DNA of 64,000 bases from Candidatus Microgenomatus sp. (lineage in GTDB: Bacteria; Patescibacteriota; Microgenomatia; UBA8517), in contig DYGS01000001.1 of assembly GCA_020724585.1 (NCBI GenBank), positions 66,893-130,892 of the forward strand. Reading direction: 5' to 3'. The notes under the pieces are model-generated. The model searched no databases. It was not told the origin of the DNA and saw nothing but the letters and a program-made list of their open reading frames with translations. Every line of letters starts with the position of its first letter. The stretch's first letter is position 1. Shown here piece after piece: positions 16,714 to 26,440 of the stretch. The translations under genes were made by a program, and so were the position numbers.

Positions 16714-18881
16714 TTATCCATACTAGGCCAAGATTGATTGATAAGTAAAGAGTTATTTTTAAGGTTTTGCCAGCAGACTTCGGTTACAAACGGCATAAAA
16801 GGGTGGAGAAGCTTAAGAAAAACTTCTAGGCCATATTTTAAATCGCTCGCAGATAGTCTGCCTCTCTTTGAGTCTTCTATGCATTTATCGCAAAACCAAT
16901 GCCAAAAATTGTCATATATAATTTCAGCTGCTTGGTTTAGATTATAACTTTCAATATATTTTGTTGCTTCATTTATAATTTTGTTTAGCTTTTTATTAAA
17001 GTCGTTTTGAGTTTTTGAGTTTTGGAGTTTTGGACCTGCCAGCGCAGGCAGGTTTTTGTCATTTGTTTTTTCAAGATTCGAGACAAATCTTGTTGCATTC
17101 CATATTTTATTAGCAAAGTTTCTGTAGCCTCTTACTTTTTCTTCGGAATAATTTTGATCGTTTCCAGCTCCAGCCCCAGCAATAAGTGACATACGAAGTG
17201 CATCTGCACCATATTTTTCAACTATCTCTAAAGGATTAATCACATTTCCTTTACTCTTACTCATTTTTTGGCCCTTACTGTCTCTGACGATTCCATGAAG
17301 ATAGATTGTTTTAAATGGTACTTTTCCGGTTGCAAAAATGCCCAGCATAACCATTCTGGTTACCCAGAAAAATAAAATATCATAACCAGTTTCCATGACC
17401 GAAAGCGGATAATATTTTTTGTAAAGAGATTTAGCATTTGGTTTTTTAGCATTTTCATTTTTCGACAATAATGTCGCGAATGGCCATTGTCCTGATGAAA
17501 ACCAAGTATCAAATGTATCGGTATCTTGTACCCAATCTGCTCCCCGGGGCGCGTCACCCTCGGTAACTACCCATTCACCTGTTTTAGTGTTTTTCCAAGC
17601 GGGAATTCTTATACCCCAAACGATTTGTCTTGAAATGTTCCAATCTTTAATATTTTCAAGCCATTGAAAATAAATTTTCTCAAACCGTTTTGGAATGATC
17701 TTAATTTGACCTTTTTTAACAGCTTTAATTGCGGGCTTAGCAAGCTCATTTGTTTTTATAAACCACTGCTCAAGAGGTAAAGGTTCAAGAGGGTTGCCGC
17801 ATTTATAGCAGGTTCCGACAGAATTTTTAAATTCTTCTATTTTTTCTAAATTACCTTCGTTTTTAAGTTTTTGGGCTATAGCATCTCTTGCAGTTATAGC
17901 TTTTTGACCCTCGAACTCGCCTGCTTCTTTTGTAAGTTTTCCCCTAAAATCAATTACTTGGAAATTTTTAAGATTATGTTTTTTGCCTAACTCAAAATCA
18001 TTTTCATCATGAAGGGGTGTTACTTTTAATGCTCCGGTTCCAAAGTCCATAACCACGAAACTATCTGCAAAAATTGGTATAATTCTGCCGTTTAGCGGAT
18101 TAATTGCATTTTTACCTACATATTTTTTATATCTTTTATCTTTAGGGTTTACTGCAATTCCACTATCCCCAAAAATTGTTTCCGGCCTTGTCGTTGCTAC
18201 TGTAATAGTATCCTTACTATGCTCAATTTTGTATTTTACAAAGTAAAGTTTAGAAGTTTTTTCGACATACTCTACCTCCAAGTCAGAAAATGCTGTTCCA
18301 TGTTTTGTACAGTAGTTAACTAGCCTAATGTCTCTATAGACAAATCCGTCATCATAGAGCTTTTTAAATGTTTTATAAACTGTTTTAACTATATCTTCTT
18401 CAAGAGTAAATTTGGCCTTAGTCCAATCGAGCGAAAAGCCCAGTCTTCTTAGCTGAGACTCCATTGTTCCGCGATTTTTTTGCACAAAATCCCAGATGTT
18501 TTTATATAGCGTATCTCTATCAAAATCAAATCTGGATTTACCAATCTTTTCCAAATGTTTTTCATAAACAACCTGAGTTTCAAAACCAGCATGATCAGCC
18601 CCAGGAAGCCAAAGTGTAGAAAAACCCTTCATTCTATGAAATCTAATTAAAACATCCTCGACAGTGTACATTGCATGGCCATAATGAAGTGGGGCATTTG
18701 CATTGGGCGGGGGGAGAACTATACTATATGCTTTATGCTTTAAGCTATATGGTCTAGGCTTGAATGCACCAGATTCTTCCCAAGATTTATAAATTTTCTC
18801 TTCATGCTCTTTATGATTATAATTTTTACCAATCCCAGGATTGGCCAAGCTTTGCTTATCCATATTTGTATTGTATCCCAA
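16698..18881 (-). CDS. valS: Valyl-tRNA synthetase (compact form).
   Basis: The class I HIGH region is 'PPPNANAPLHYGHA'. KMSKS is present as 'KMSKSKGNVI'. 'DWNISRQIVWGIRIPAW' is typical of the ValRS/IleRS editing-type enzymes. Confidence 0.8.
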   Translation of the reverse strand: MGYNTNMDKQSLANPGIGKNYNHKEHEEKIYKSWEESGAFKPRPYSLKHKAYSIVLPPPNANAPLHYGHAMYTVEDVLIRFHRMKGFSTLWLPGADHAGFETQVVYEKHLEKIGKSRFDFDRDTLYKNIWDFVQKNRGTMESQLRRLGFSLDWTKAKFTLEEDIVKTVYKTFKKLYDDGFVYRDIRLVNYCTKHGTAFSDLEVEYVEKTSKLYFVKYKIEHSKDTITVATTRPETIFGDSGIAVNPKDKRYKKYVGKNAINPLNGRIIPIFADSFVVMDFGTGALKVTPLHDENDFELGKKHNLKNFQVIDFRGKLTKEAGEFEGQKAITARDAIAQKLKNEGNLEKIEEFKNSVGTCYKCGNPLEPLPLEQWFIKTNELAKPAIKAVKKGQIKIIPKRFEKIYFQWLENIKDWNISRQIVWGIRIPAWKNTKTGEWVVTEGDAPRGADWVQDTDTFDTWFSSGQWPFATLLSKNENAKKPNAKSLYKKYYPLSVMETGYDILFFWVTRMVMLGIFATGKVPFKTIYLHGIVRDSKGQKMSKSKGNVINPLEIVEKYGADALRMSLIAGAGAGNDQNYSEEKVRGYRNFANKIWNATRFVSNLEKTNDKNLPALAGPKLQNSKTQNDFNKKLNKIINEATKYIESYNLNQAAEIIYDNFWHWFCDKCIEDSKRGRLSASDLKYGLEVFLKLLHPFMPFVTEVCWQNLKNNSLLINQSWPSMDKWPKI

Positions 18882-19059
18882 AAATTTGCTTTTTGCAGAG
18901 AGAGAGAGAGTACCATATGCCTCATGTCAGATTTTAAACCAACATTATTTCCCCACAGAAGGGAGCTTCTTGAGGTGCTTTATGGTAGGGGTGCTGTAAA
19001 AAAGGGTGGAAAGATGGAGGACGGGGCAGTTTTGCTAGAAAAAAATGGAAAATATTACC

Positions 19060-19230
19060 TTTGTCGTGAATCAAGCATAATAAATTGTGCTGTTTGCTCA
19101 GAAGAATGCCCACTTAATAGAAATCCAAGCATAAAAGAAGGCTAAAGACTTAGTCTTGGATTAATGTCAACTGATTCAATAAATTTTTTACCTCCATATT
19201 TAGCTTTTAAATCTCTTGAACTTCCCAATT
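19060..19230. repeat. Diverged direct repeat of the tsaD 3' end plus downstream flank. Its counterpart is at ~19500-19670.
   Basis: The minus strand of 19143-19230 translates to '...KAKYGGKKFIESVDINPRLSL*', a stop-containing copy of the TsaD C-terminus 'KAKYGGKKFIESVDINPKLKL*'. DNA similarity extends ~80 bp further. Confidence 0.6.
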
Positions 19231-19583
19231 AATGCGGTTAATTAGGTGTCATCGCGATCGAAAAAACGAGTGCGGCGATCTAGGTTTTTAGATTGCTTCA
19301 CTATGTTCGCAATGACATTTAGTGTGAAACCTGTGCTAACTTGCAATTTGCAGAGGGAAGTATTATTATCCAAAAAAATGACAAACACATTTACCCCAAC
19401 ACTTTCACAACATTCGACTTTTGTATGGGGAAAACGTGAAGTTGGAGATAGATTTGGAGTATTAGGTTGGGGTGTTGTTGTGAAGAGTGATGTGAATTCT
19501 TTTAATGTTTGTAATTTTCAATCTCCAAAAAATTGCAGAGCATGCACAGTTCATGAATGTCCAATTAAAAGAAGGATAGAAGG

Positions 19584-20666
19584 TTAAAGCTTCAGTTTTG
19601 GGTTAATATCTACAGATTCAATAAATTTTTTACCCCCATATTTAGCCTTTAGTTTTTTAGCATTTAGCATTTTGTTATTTAAGTAAGCGGTGACTCCAAT
19701 CATGCCTGCATTGTCACCACAAAGCTTTAAGCTATATGGTGTATGCATTATGATATTATTGTTTTTACAAATTTTACGAAGTCTTTTTCTTAGTTCGACA
19801 TTTGCTGCTACGCCCCCCCCAAAAAGCATATGGCTTATGACATATGGCTTATGGCTAATTTGATACTCAAGAACTCTCTCAATATGTTTAAATGCACTAT
19901 TTTGAAAGCGGGCGGCAAGATCATAGATATCCTGTTTTGTCGGATTTTTAATTGATTCAAAAAGTCTGACAAAAGCTGTTTTTAAGCCTGAATAACTAAA
20001 TCTATTTTTGACAACATCGCCTATTAGCGGGACGGGTAGTTTATATTTATTAGGATCACCAAGCTTAGCGAATTTTTCCAAAATTGCTCCTCCGGGGTAA
20101 CCAAGCCCAAGTAGTCTTGCGGCTTTGTCAAGCGCCTCGCCCAATGCATCATCAGCCGTATTGGCTAATATTTCGTACTCACCGATATTTTTAATTAAAC
20201 ATAAAATGGTTGTGCCTCCTGATAGTACCAATCCTAGTGTAGGAAAATTTGGCATTTGCATTTTTAGCATTTTGTTTTTTGGTTGTGCGAACGGAGAGAG
20301 TAGGTGTGCTTCTATATGATTAACAGGGATGAGCGGCTTTTTATACTTTAAGGCTAAATCTTTGGCGTAATTTACGCCTACGGCTAGAGCCACAGCAAGT
20401 CCCGGGCCCACTGTTACTGCGATTGCATCGATTTTAGTATGTAGTATACCGTATATAGTGTGCCTTGGAAAAGCATTTTTTAACGCCTTTTGTACCACAA
20501 AGTCAATCCGCTCTTGGTGCTGTCTTTGTGCGAGGCTAGGAAGCACCCCGCCGAAGCTAGAATGGAGGCTAGATTGGCTCCAAACGATATTCGAATGGAT
20601 TATTTTGTGCTCAGTTATAGCCGCCGAAGTCTCATCACAGCTTGTATCGATAGCTAAAATCTTCAT
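19584..20666 (-). CDS. tsaD: tRNA N6-adenosine threonylcarbamoyltransferase TsaD (Kae1/Gcp).
   Basis: The N-terminus 'MKILAIDTSCDETSAAI' and the length and conservation pattern fit the Gcp/TsaD family. The start is taken as ATG at 20666, which overlaps the stop of the upstream gene. Confidence 0.9.
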   Translation of the reverse strand: MKILAIDTSCDETSAAITEHKIIHSNIVWSQSSLHSSFGGVLPSLAQRQHQERIDFVVQKALKNAFPRHTIYGILHTKIDAIAVTVGPGLAVALAVGVNYAKDLALKYKKPLIPVNHIEAHLLSPFAQPKNKMLKMQMPNFPTLGLVLSGGTTILCLIKNIGEYEILANTADDALGEALDKAARLLGLGYPGGAILEKFAKLGDPNKYKLPVPLIGDVVKNRFSYSGLKTAFVRLFESIKNPTKQDIYDLAARFQNSAFKHIERVLEYQISHKPYVISHMLFGGGVAANVELRKRLRKICKNNNIIMHTPYSLKLCGDNAGMIGVTAYLNNKMLNAKKLKAKYGGKKFIESVDINPKLKL

Positions 20667-21724
20667 AAAGTCCCCCAACTAATTAATCTTTCGGTTTCTG
20701 TTTGGGTTGTTTCAATTTTAACCCAGATTACTATTGCATCGTCCGCATATGACCTGATTAAATCTTGTATTTTATCAGCCCATTCAATGGCTATAACGGA
20801 TTTATTCTTGATTTGCTCTTCTAACCCCAGATTTTTTGTTTCCTCTGAAGCATCAAGCATCCTCCATGTATCAATATGAACAAGTGAATAGTGAATAGTT
20901 GATAGCGAATAACGATTTAGTAAATCATATGTGGGAGAAATGACTTCTTCTTTAATTTGCATGGCTTTAGCAAGTCCCTTTACAAACTGTGTTTTACCCG
21001 CACCCATTTTTCCTTCAAGAGCATATACAATTGCTCTTTTTCCTGCATAATTTTCATATTTTTGCCAAAGCTCCTTGGCTACATTTTGTGTATTCTCCTC
21101 GCTTCTGCTTAAAACTTCGTTTTTGTCTTTTAACTTGATATCGCCTTGCCTTAAAGTAACCAACCCGTCCTCGATGGTTGTATCAATTACTGTAGACGGC
21201 TCATTGTGCGGGAGTTCGCCAACATCAATTATTAAATCAATTAATCTTTTTTGTTTTTCAGAAACATTATCTAAGATATCTGATATCTTATAAGGCCTTT
21301 TCTGATATGAGGCATTGGCCGAAGTTGCAACGATTGGCCTTTTAAATTCAGCAATAAGTTTTAAAAGATCGTCATAGTCGGGAATTCTAACACCAAGAGT
21401 TCCTGACTCGGATTCGATGCCTTTAGAAACCTTGTGTTTTCCTTTGGAAACAACAGTTAATGGTCCAGGTAAAAATCTTTTATACAAATCTTTTGCAGTC
21501 TTATTTAAAGTTACATATTTTTCTGCCATTTTCTGAGAAGAGCACATAATGGCATAGGGCTTTCCAAAGGGTCTTTGTTTATAGGTGTTTAGTTTGTTAA
21601 CTGCTTCTTGATTGTGGGAATCGCTGGCGATCCCATAAACAGTTTCACAAGGGAAAACAACGAGCCCGCCTCGATTTAAAACCTCAATAATGTCCCTGTT
21701 TCTAAACTTATCAATGATTTTCAT
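20663..21724 (-). CDS. Fusion protein with an N-terminal YrdC/Sua5-type threonylcarbamoyl-AMP synthase (TsaC) domain and a C-terminal TsaE/YjeE P-loop ATPase domain.
   Basis: The N-terminus carries the YrdC motifs 'GGLVVFPCETVYGIASD' and 'ATSANASYQ'. The C-terminus carries the TsaE motifs 'YALEGKMGAGKTQFVKGLAKAMQ...SPTYDLLNRY...VHIDTWRM'. It is translationally coupled to tsaD. Confidence 0.75.
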   Translation of the reverse strand: MKIIDKFRNRDIIEVLNRGGLVVFPCETVYGIASDSHNQEAVNKLNTYKQRPFGKPYAIMCSSQKMAEKYVTLNKTAKDLYKRFLPGPLTVVSKGKHKVSKGIESESGTLGVRIPDYDDLLKLIAEFKRPIVATSANASYQKRPYKISDILDNVSEKQKRLIDLIIDVGELPHNEPSTVIDTTIEDGLVTLRQGDIKLKDKNEVLSRSEENTQNVAKELWQKYENYAGKRAIVYALEGKMGAGKTQFVKGLAKAMQIKEEVISPTYDLLNRYSLSTIHYSLVHIDTWRMLDASEETKNLGLEEQIKNKSVIAIEWADKIQDLIRSYADDAIVIWVKIETTQTETERLISWGTL

Positions 21725-22352
21725 TTTGAGTGTGTGGAATGTCTTTTTTAAGATGTTCTCTTTCGTGCCTGATAGCTCTAATAATTACAACAACCGCAAT
21801 TATTAAAAAGACCCAGGCTAAAATTCCAAGGCTGGATGTCAACTTTCTTAAATTTTCTTTTTCGTATCCTGCAAAATAACCTACAAAAGCCATCAGCAAG
21901 ACCCAGCTTAAAGAAGCGCTCATGGCAAAAAAATTAAATTTCCAAAAATTGTAATTTTCAACTCCCGCGATATAGCTTATCCAAAACCTCGTTAAATTGG
22001 CCATCATTGAGGTGGTCAAAATTACCCCGCCATTTTTTTCAAGAAGTTTTTTGGCAAATTCTGCATTTTTCTCTTGTTTTAGTTTTCTAACCAACCACAT
22101 TCCGGTTTTTTTACCTAAAATATAAGCTAACAAAAAAGCAAGCCACGCACCCAGAGTTCCATAGATAATGATTGGAACAAGCGGCAGATTTGAATTACCA
22201 TTTGAAAGATAACCAGCAACAACTAATATTGCACCGCCGGGCACAGTCCAACCAAATGGAGTAATTTCAATTAAACTTCCAAGAAAAACTATGGCATAAC
22301 CCCACTTTTCAAAAAGGGAGGCCAGAAAGTCCAATAAACTTAAAACATCCAT
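21711..22352 (-). CDS. DedA/SNARE-associated family membrane protein.
   Basis: Its multi-TM profile includes 'PFGWTVPGGAILVVAGYL', which is typical of the DedA family. Confidence 0.65.
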   Translation of the reverse strand: MDVLSLLDFLASLFEKWGYAIVFLGSLIEITPFGWTVPGGAILVVAGYLSNGNSNLPLVPIIIYGTLGAWLAFLLAYILGKKTGMWLVRKLKQEKNAEFAKKLLEKNGGVILTTSMMANLTRFWISYIAGVENYNFWKFNFFAMSASLSWVLLMAFVGYFAGYEKENLRKLTSSLGILAWVFLIIAVVVIIRAIRHEREHLKKDIPHTQNENH

Positions 22353-22373
22353 AATTTGATATTATAACAGGTA

Positions 22374-24131
22374 CTACTGTACGACCCCGCGCAAGTATAC
22401 TGCTTGCCAGGGGCGATAGTTAGAAATGAATTGTTGGTCGATTAATATTTTTCCTTCTTTTTCAACACGGTAATCAAAAACGACTCTAGCTCCATAGGCT
22501 CTATGCTCAATTTGTTTTACCTGTCCGGCGGGTAAGGTTGGGTCGTCAATATAAAGGTCGGGCGGCGGGGCAATTGATGATGTTATTTGCGGTTTTGATA
22601 TGCTAGCTACTCTCCCATCGCTTGTTCCATAAATTTCAAATGTCATTGTGGTGTTTTTTGTGTCAACGGTTGGCTGAATCAAAATATAATTGGGAGTGTC
22701 ATTTTTAAATTTAAAATCTGTAGTTGGATAAAAAATTGTTGCGTCAAGCCCTGGCGGAAAACCTTGTTCGTAATATCCTACTCTATAAGAATGAGGCCTT
22801 CTTTCAACAATGGGAAGGCCTGCGTTTAAAACAGTCCTAAAAAGAGTGGTTGAGACTTGGCATACTCCGCCGCCGTCGCCTAAAACGGTTTTACCGTCTT
22901 TGATGACGAAAGCGGCCTTGTATCCAGTAAGCGAAGAAACATCACCCAAAATTTTATTAAATGAAAATATTTCTCCTGGGGGGATTAAGATACCTTTAAA
23001 TTTATTTGAAGCATGATTGATGTTATAAATTCTGTTTGGTATTGAACCTTTAAAGTACGACACACCTCTTCCTAAAAGTGTTTTAATTCCTAGATTATTG
23101 ACATCTTCGATTTTAATCTTGGGTTCAAGTTTAATAACAGGAATTGTTATGGTAAGAGCCGCTTGATCGGTATTTTCAAGTGTGCTTAAAGATTCTATCA
23201 ATTTATGTCTAAATTCAAGCTCCTGAATTGTCAAACCATCTTTTGATGGCACAAATTCTTTAACAACATCATTTTCAACTATAAAAACAGAATCCTGAGG
23301 GCTTCGGTTAATTTTTTTAGCAATTAATAGAATCTCTTGATTAATTTTATCTTCTCTATAATTTTTTTGTTTAGAGTCTATAAATTGAATGAGTTTATCA
23401 GCTTTTATCTCAATATTATTGTCCTCCAGATTGGCTAGAATTGATTTGTTGATAAACTTTTCTGCTCTTTTTTTATAATTTTGAACCTGACTGTCTGTTA
23501 ATTTGCTGCTTCTTTCAATCAAATTGACTTTAATTGGAGCGTCTTTGAGAAGTGATAAATTATTATTAATATCAAATTTTGTACTTAGAAAATCTATCTC
23601 AACGCCGTTCTCGCCCGGATTGACAACGATATTATTATTTTCCAGCTTAATCGAAGGTTCTTTTGGAGATTTACCAAATTTATCTGATAATATTTTGATT
23701 GTTTCTCTAAGTTTTGAGTCGTTTATGGAAATTACTAAATTTAAGTTTTTAGGTCTTATTATTAAGACGGCCTTTGTCTTTAAGTCATATAAAAAGTTGC
23801 CTGAATTAGAAAAATTATATGCTCTGTCAACACTTTTTTGAAAATCTATTTTATCAACAAACTCCGTTGTCTTGATAACATTTTGAGTATTATTAATTTC
23901 CAAAATAATAGCTTCAGGAAGCCTCGCGTCAGCCATTAAAATTTTTAGAGCATCATCTTTTGTTTTATCGCCAAGATAAATTCCTGCAATGTAGGTATTA
24001 GGATAAATTTTTTGCTGGAAAGGCAAAATTGCCAAGAATAATAAAAATAGGAACAAAGCTGTAAACAAGGCTAAGATCTTGACAAAAAAGTAAATTTTTT
24101 TGTGTTTTTTTAGCATACAGTATGATAACAT
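22374..24131 (-). CDS. VanW-family protein with an N-terminal membrane anchor and a C-terminal G5-like region.
   Basis: 'GGGVCQVSTTLFRTVLNAGLPIVERRPHSYRVGYY' is the VanW domain signature. Confidence 0.7.
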   Translation of the reverse strand: MLSYCMLKKHKKIYFFVKILALFTALFLFLLFLAILPFQQKIYPNTYIAGIYLGDKTKDDALKILMADARLPEAIILEINNTQNVIKTTEFVDKIDFQKSVDRAYNFSNSGNFLYDLKTKAVLIIRPKNLNLVISINDSKLRETIKILSDKFGKSPKEPSIKLENNNIVVNPGENGVEIDFLSTKFDINNNLSLLKDAPIKVNLIERSSKLTDSQVQNYKKRAEKFINKSILANLEDNNIEIKADKLIQFIDSKQKNYREDKINQEILLIAKKINRSPQDSVFIVENDVVKEFVPSKDGLTIQELEFRHKLIESLSTLENTDQAALTITIPVIKLEPKIKIEDVNNLGIKTLLGRGVSYFKGSIPNRIYNINHASNKFKGILIPPGEIFSFNKILGDVSSLTGYKAAFVIKDGKTVLGDGGGVCQVSTTLFRTVLNAGLPIVERRPHSYRVGYYEQGFPPGLDATIFYPTTDFKFKNDTPNYILIQPTVDTKNTTMTFEIYGTSDGRVASISKPQITSSIAPPPDLYIDDPTLPAGQVKQIEHRAYGARVVFDYRVEKEGKILIDQQFISNYRPWQAVYLRGVVQ

Positions 24132-24137
24132 TTATAT

Positions 24138-25496
24138 ATGGAACCAAGCCAGAATCAAGAAGCAAACACGCCCCCGCCTCCTAAGAACAAGTTTCCTGTT
24201 AAAATCGCGGCAATTATTGCTGGGGTGATACTTTTAGTTATCTTAGCATTTAGTCTGGTTAGTTTTCTAAAAAACAGAGGTGGAGATGGGGGTAAGGGAG
24301 AAATTGTTTGGTGGGGATTATGGGAAGATGAGTCGGCAATTGCTCCGCTTATTGCTGAATATAAAACAAAGAACCCAAATGTAAATATCAAATATGTCAG
24401 GCAATCAAAGGAAGATTATAGAGAAAGACTGATAAACGCATTAGCAAAAGGGACGGGCCCCGATATTTTTAGGTTTCACAATTCCTGGGCACCAATGCTT
24501 AAAAGTGAACTTGATAAAGTACCTGCTGATGTTTATTCTGCCGCTGATTTTGCAAAAACTTTTTATCCTATTGCTGTCTCTGATTTAACAGTTGGAACTT
24601 CGCTTGCCGGAGTGCCTTTGGAGTTTGACTCCCTATCGCTTTATATAAATGAAGAAATTTTTGAAAAATCGGGGAAAAGTATCCCTACGACATGGAATGA
24701 ACTACGGCAAACTGCAAGAGAATTAACTGTTAAAAATGAAAATGGGACAATTACCCAAAGCGGCGTAGCTTTAGGGAGGACTGAAAATGTTGACCATTGG
24801 CCAGAAATTTTAGGGCTTATGATGCTTCAAAATGGAGTGGATTTAACAAAGCCAACTGGAAAGCTTGCTGAGGATGCACTTCTTTTTTATACAATTTTTT
24901 CATCCTCTGATGGGGTTTGGGATGCAACTTTGCCAAATTCTACAACGAGTTTTGCTTCTGGTAAACTTGCTATGTATTTTGGACCTTCATGGCGTGCTTT
25001 TGAAATAAGGCTCCAAAATCCAAATCTGAAGTTTAAAACAGTTGAAGTGCCTCAACTTCCTAAGACAGCGGCTAATGAACCAGATGTTTCCTATGCAAGC
25101 TATTGGGTTGAGGGTGTTTGGACGAGAAGCAAAAACAAGACTGTTGCTTGGGATTTCTTAAAATTTATGTCATCCAAAGAATCCTTAGAAAAATTTTATA
25201 ATCTGGCATCAAAACAAAGAATGTTTGGCGAGCCGTACCCCAGAGTTGATATGGCAAATTTACTTATGAGTCATCCAATAATAGGGTCGACTGTTAAACA
25301 GGGACCTATTGCTCAATCGTGGTTTTTGCAATCCAGGACTTGGGATGGGCCAACAGGGATTAATACTCAGATAAATAAATATTTTGAGGACGCAGTAAAT
25401 GCAGTAAATCAAGGAAAAGAAGCAGATAAAGCATTAGAGACTGTATCTTCCGGAGTAATTCAGGTACTATCTCAATATGGAATTAAAGTCCAGTGA
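24138..25496 (+). CDS. Extracellular solute-binding protein (ABC transporter family 1, sugar-type). It is an orphan with no adjacent permease or ATPase.
   Basis: It has an N-terminal anchor, and 'GEIVWWGLWEDESAIAPLIAEYKTKNPNVNIKYV' matches the SBP_bac_1 pattern. Confidence 0.65.
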   Translation: MEPSQNQEANTPPPPKNKFPVKIAAIIAGVILLVILAFSLVSFLKNRGGDGGKGEIVWWGLWEDESAIAPLIAEYKTKNPNVNIKYVRQSKEDYRERLINALAKGTGPDIFRFHNSWAPMLKSELDKVPADVYSAADFAKTFYPIAVSDLTVGTSLAGVPLEFDSLSLYINEEIFEKSGKSIPTTWNELRQTARELTVKNENGTITQSGVALGRTENVDHWPEILGLMMLQNGVDLTKPTGKLAEDALLFYTIFSSSDGVWDATLPNSTTSFASGKLAMYFGPSWRAFEIRLQNPNLKFKTVEVPQLPKTAANEPDVSYASYWVEGVWTRSKNKTVAWDFLKFMSSKESLEKFYNLASKQRMFGEPYPRVDMANLLMSHPIIGSTVKQGPIAQSWFLQSRTWDGPTGINTQINKYFEDAVNAVNQGKEADKALETVSSGVIQVLSQYGIKVQ

Positions 25497-26310
25497 AAAG
25501 AGATCTATTATTTACCACAGCATTTTTAATTATCCATTAACTGAAACGGATTTAAAAAAATGGACTTGCAAATATAAATTCAATTTTAACCAAAAGAAAA
25601 TTCAATTTAAGAAGGTAAACGGTTTTTGTGTTCTAAAAGGACAAGAAAAAAATGTTAAAAAAAGATCGAATAATGAAAAATATTCAAAGAAAAAACTAGT
25701 AATTGCTAAAAAGGCAGCGAAGTTAATTTCAAAAATTCCTTCAGTTTTGTTTATTGGAATAACAGGAAGTCTTGCGATGATGAATGCAAAAAAAGAAAGT
25801 GATATTGATTTTTTAATAATTACAAAAAGTGGATGGCTTTGGGTAACCCGTCTACTTGTTTATTGCTTTTTAAATACTACATCCTACATACTGCGCAAAC
25901 CGCAAAGTGAAAATGAGCGGGATGCGCTTTGTTTAAACATGTGGCTTGATGAAAACGATCTAGTATGGAACAAAAAAGATAGAAATATTTATACAGCTCA
26001 TGAAATAGCACAAATAATTCCACTTTATAATAAAAACAAAACTTATCAGAAATTTTTGTATTTAAATAGGTGGATTTTAAATTATTGGCCAAACTCGGTA
26101 AACATGCCACATGCCATAAGCCGTAAGTTCTATGCTAAAAAAACCATAAGACATACAGCATATAGCTTAAAACTATTAGAAAAAATTGCATATTTTTTCC
26201 AGTATCAGTATATGAAAAATAAAATTACAAATGAAGTAGTAACCCCAACCCGCGCCCTTTTTCATCCAAGAAATAATTCAAAATTTATTTTGGAGAAAAT
26301 GAAAAAGTAA
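25477..26310 (+). CDS. Nucleotidyltransferase-fold protein of unknown specificity.
   Basis: 'VLFIGITGSLAMMNAKKESDIDFLII' fits the minimal NTase motif hG[GS]x(n)DxD. The ORF overlaps the upstream gene by 20 nt. Confidence 0.4.
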   Translation: MELKSSEKRSIIYHSIFNYPLTETDLKKWTCKYKFNFNQKKIQFKKVNGFCVLKGQEKNVKKRSNNEKYSKKKLVIAKKAAKLISKIPSVLFIGITGSLAMMNAKKESDIDFLIITKSGWLWVTRLLVYCFLNTTSYILRKPQSENERDALCLNMWLDENDLVWNKKDRNIYTAHEIAQIIPLYNKNKTYQKFLYLNRWILNYWPNSVNMPHAISRKFYAKKTIRHTAYSLKLLEKIAYFFQYQYMKNKITNEVVTPTRALFHPRNNSKFILEKMKK

Positions 26311-26336
26311 TAGCACTCAGTAGTATATATTGCTAA
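26310..26336 (+). promoter_or_regulatory. Degenerate CIRCE-like inverted repeat upstream of groES.
   Basis: The sequence is aTAGCACTC-agtagtata-TATTGCTAA. Against the consensus TTAGCACTC-N9-GAGTGCTAA, the left arm matches 8/9 and the right arm 7/9, with the correct 9-nt spacer. A TTGACA -35-like hexamer follows at 26345. Confidence 0.4.
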
Positions 26337-26440
26337 TTTGCCTCTTGACAGAGCAGAAAAAATTTTTAAAATATAATCACCAAAATATGATTATATATCT
26401 TGCTTAAATAACATTTTAAGCTCGCTATAAAGAAAGTAAT

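Noticed and set aside
16738-16947. Small plus-strand ORFs inside valS, including 17360-17557 on the minus frame.
   Set aside because: They are embedded in a confidently identified aminoacyl-tRNA synthetase gene.
18882-19583. Possible RNase P RNA, tmRNA or SRP RNA in the valS-tsaD gap.
   Set aside because: Manual inspection found no conserved landmarks. There is no GTCCGGGC (CR-I) or ACAGAACCCGGCTTA, no GGTTCGA(T/A)TCC...CCA tmRNA end, and no SRP domain IV motif. Only weak GGGTGGAAAG-like similarity was seen. A covariance-model scan would be needed to decide. It is not called.
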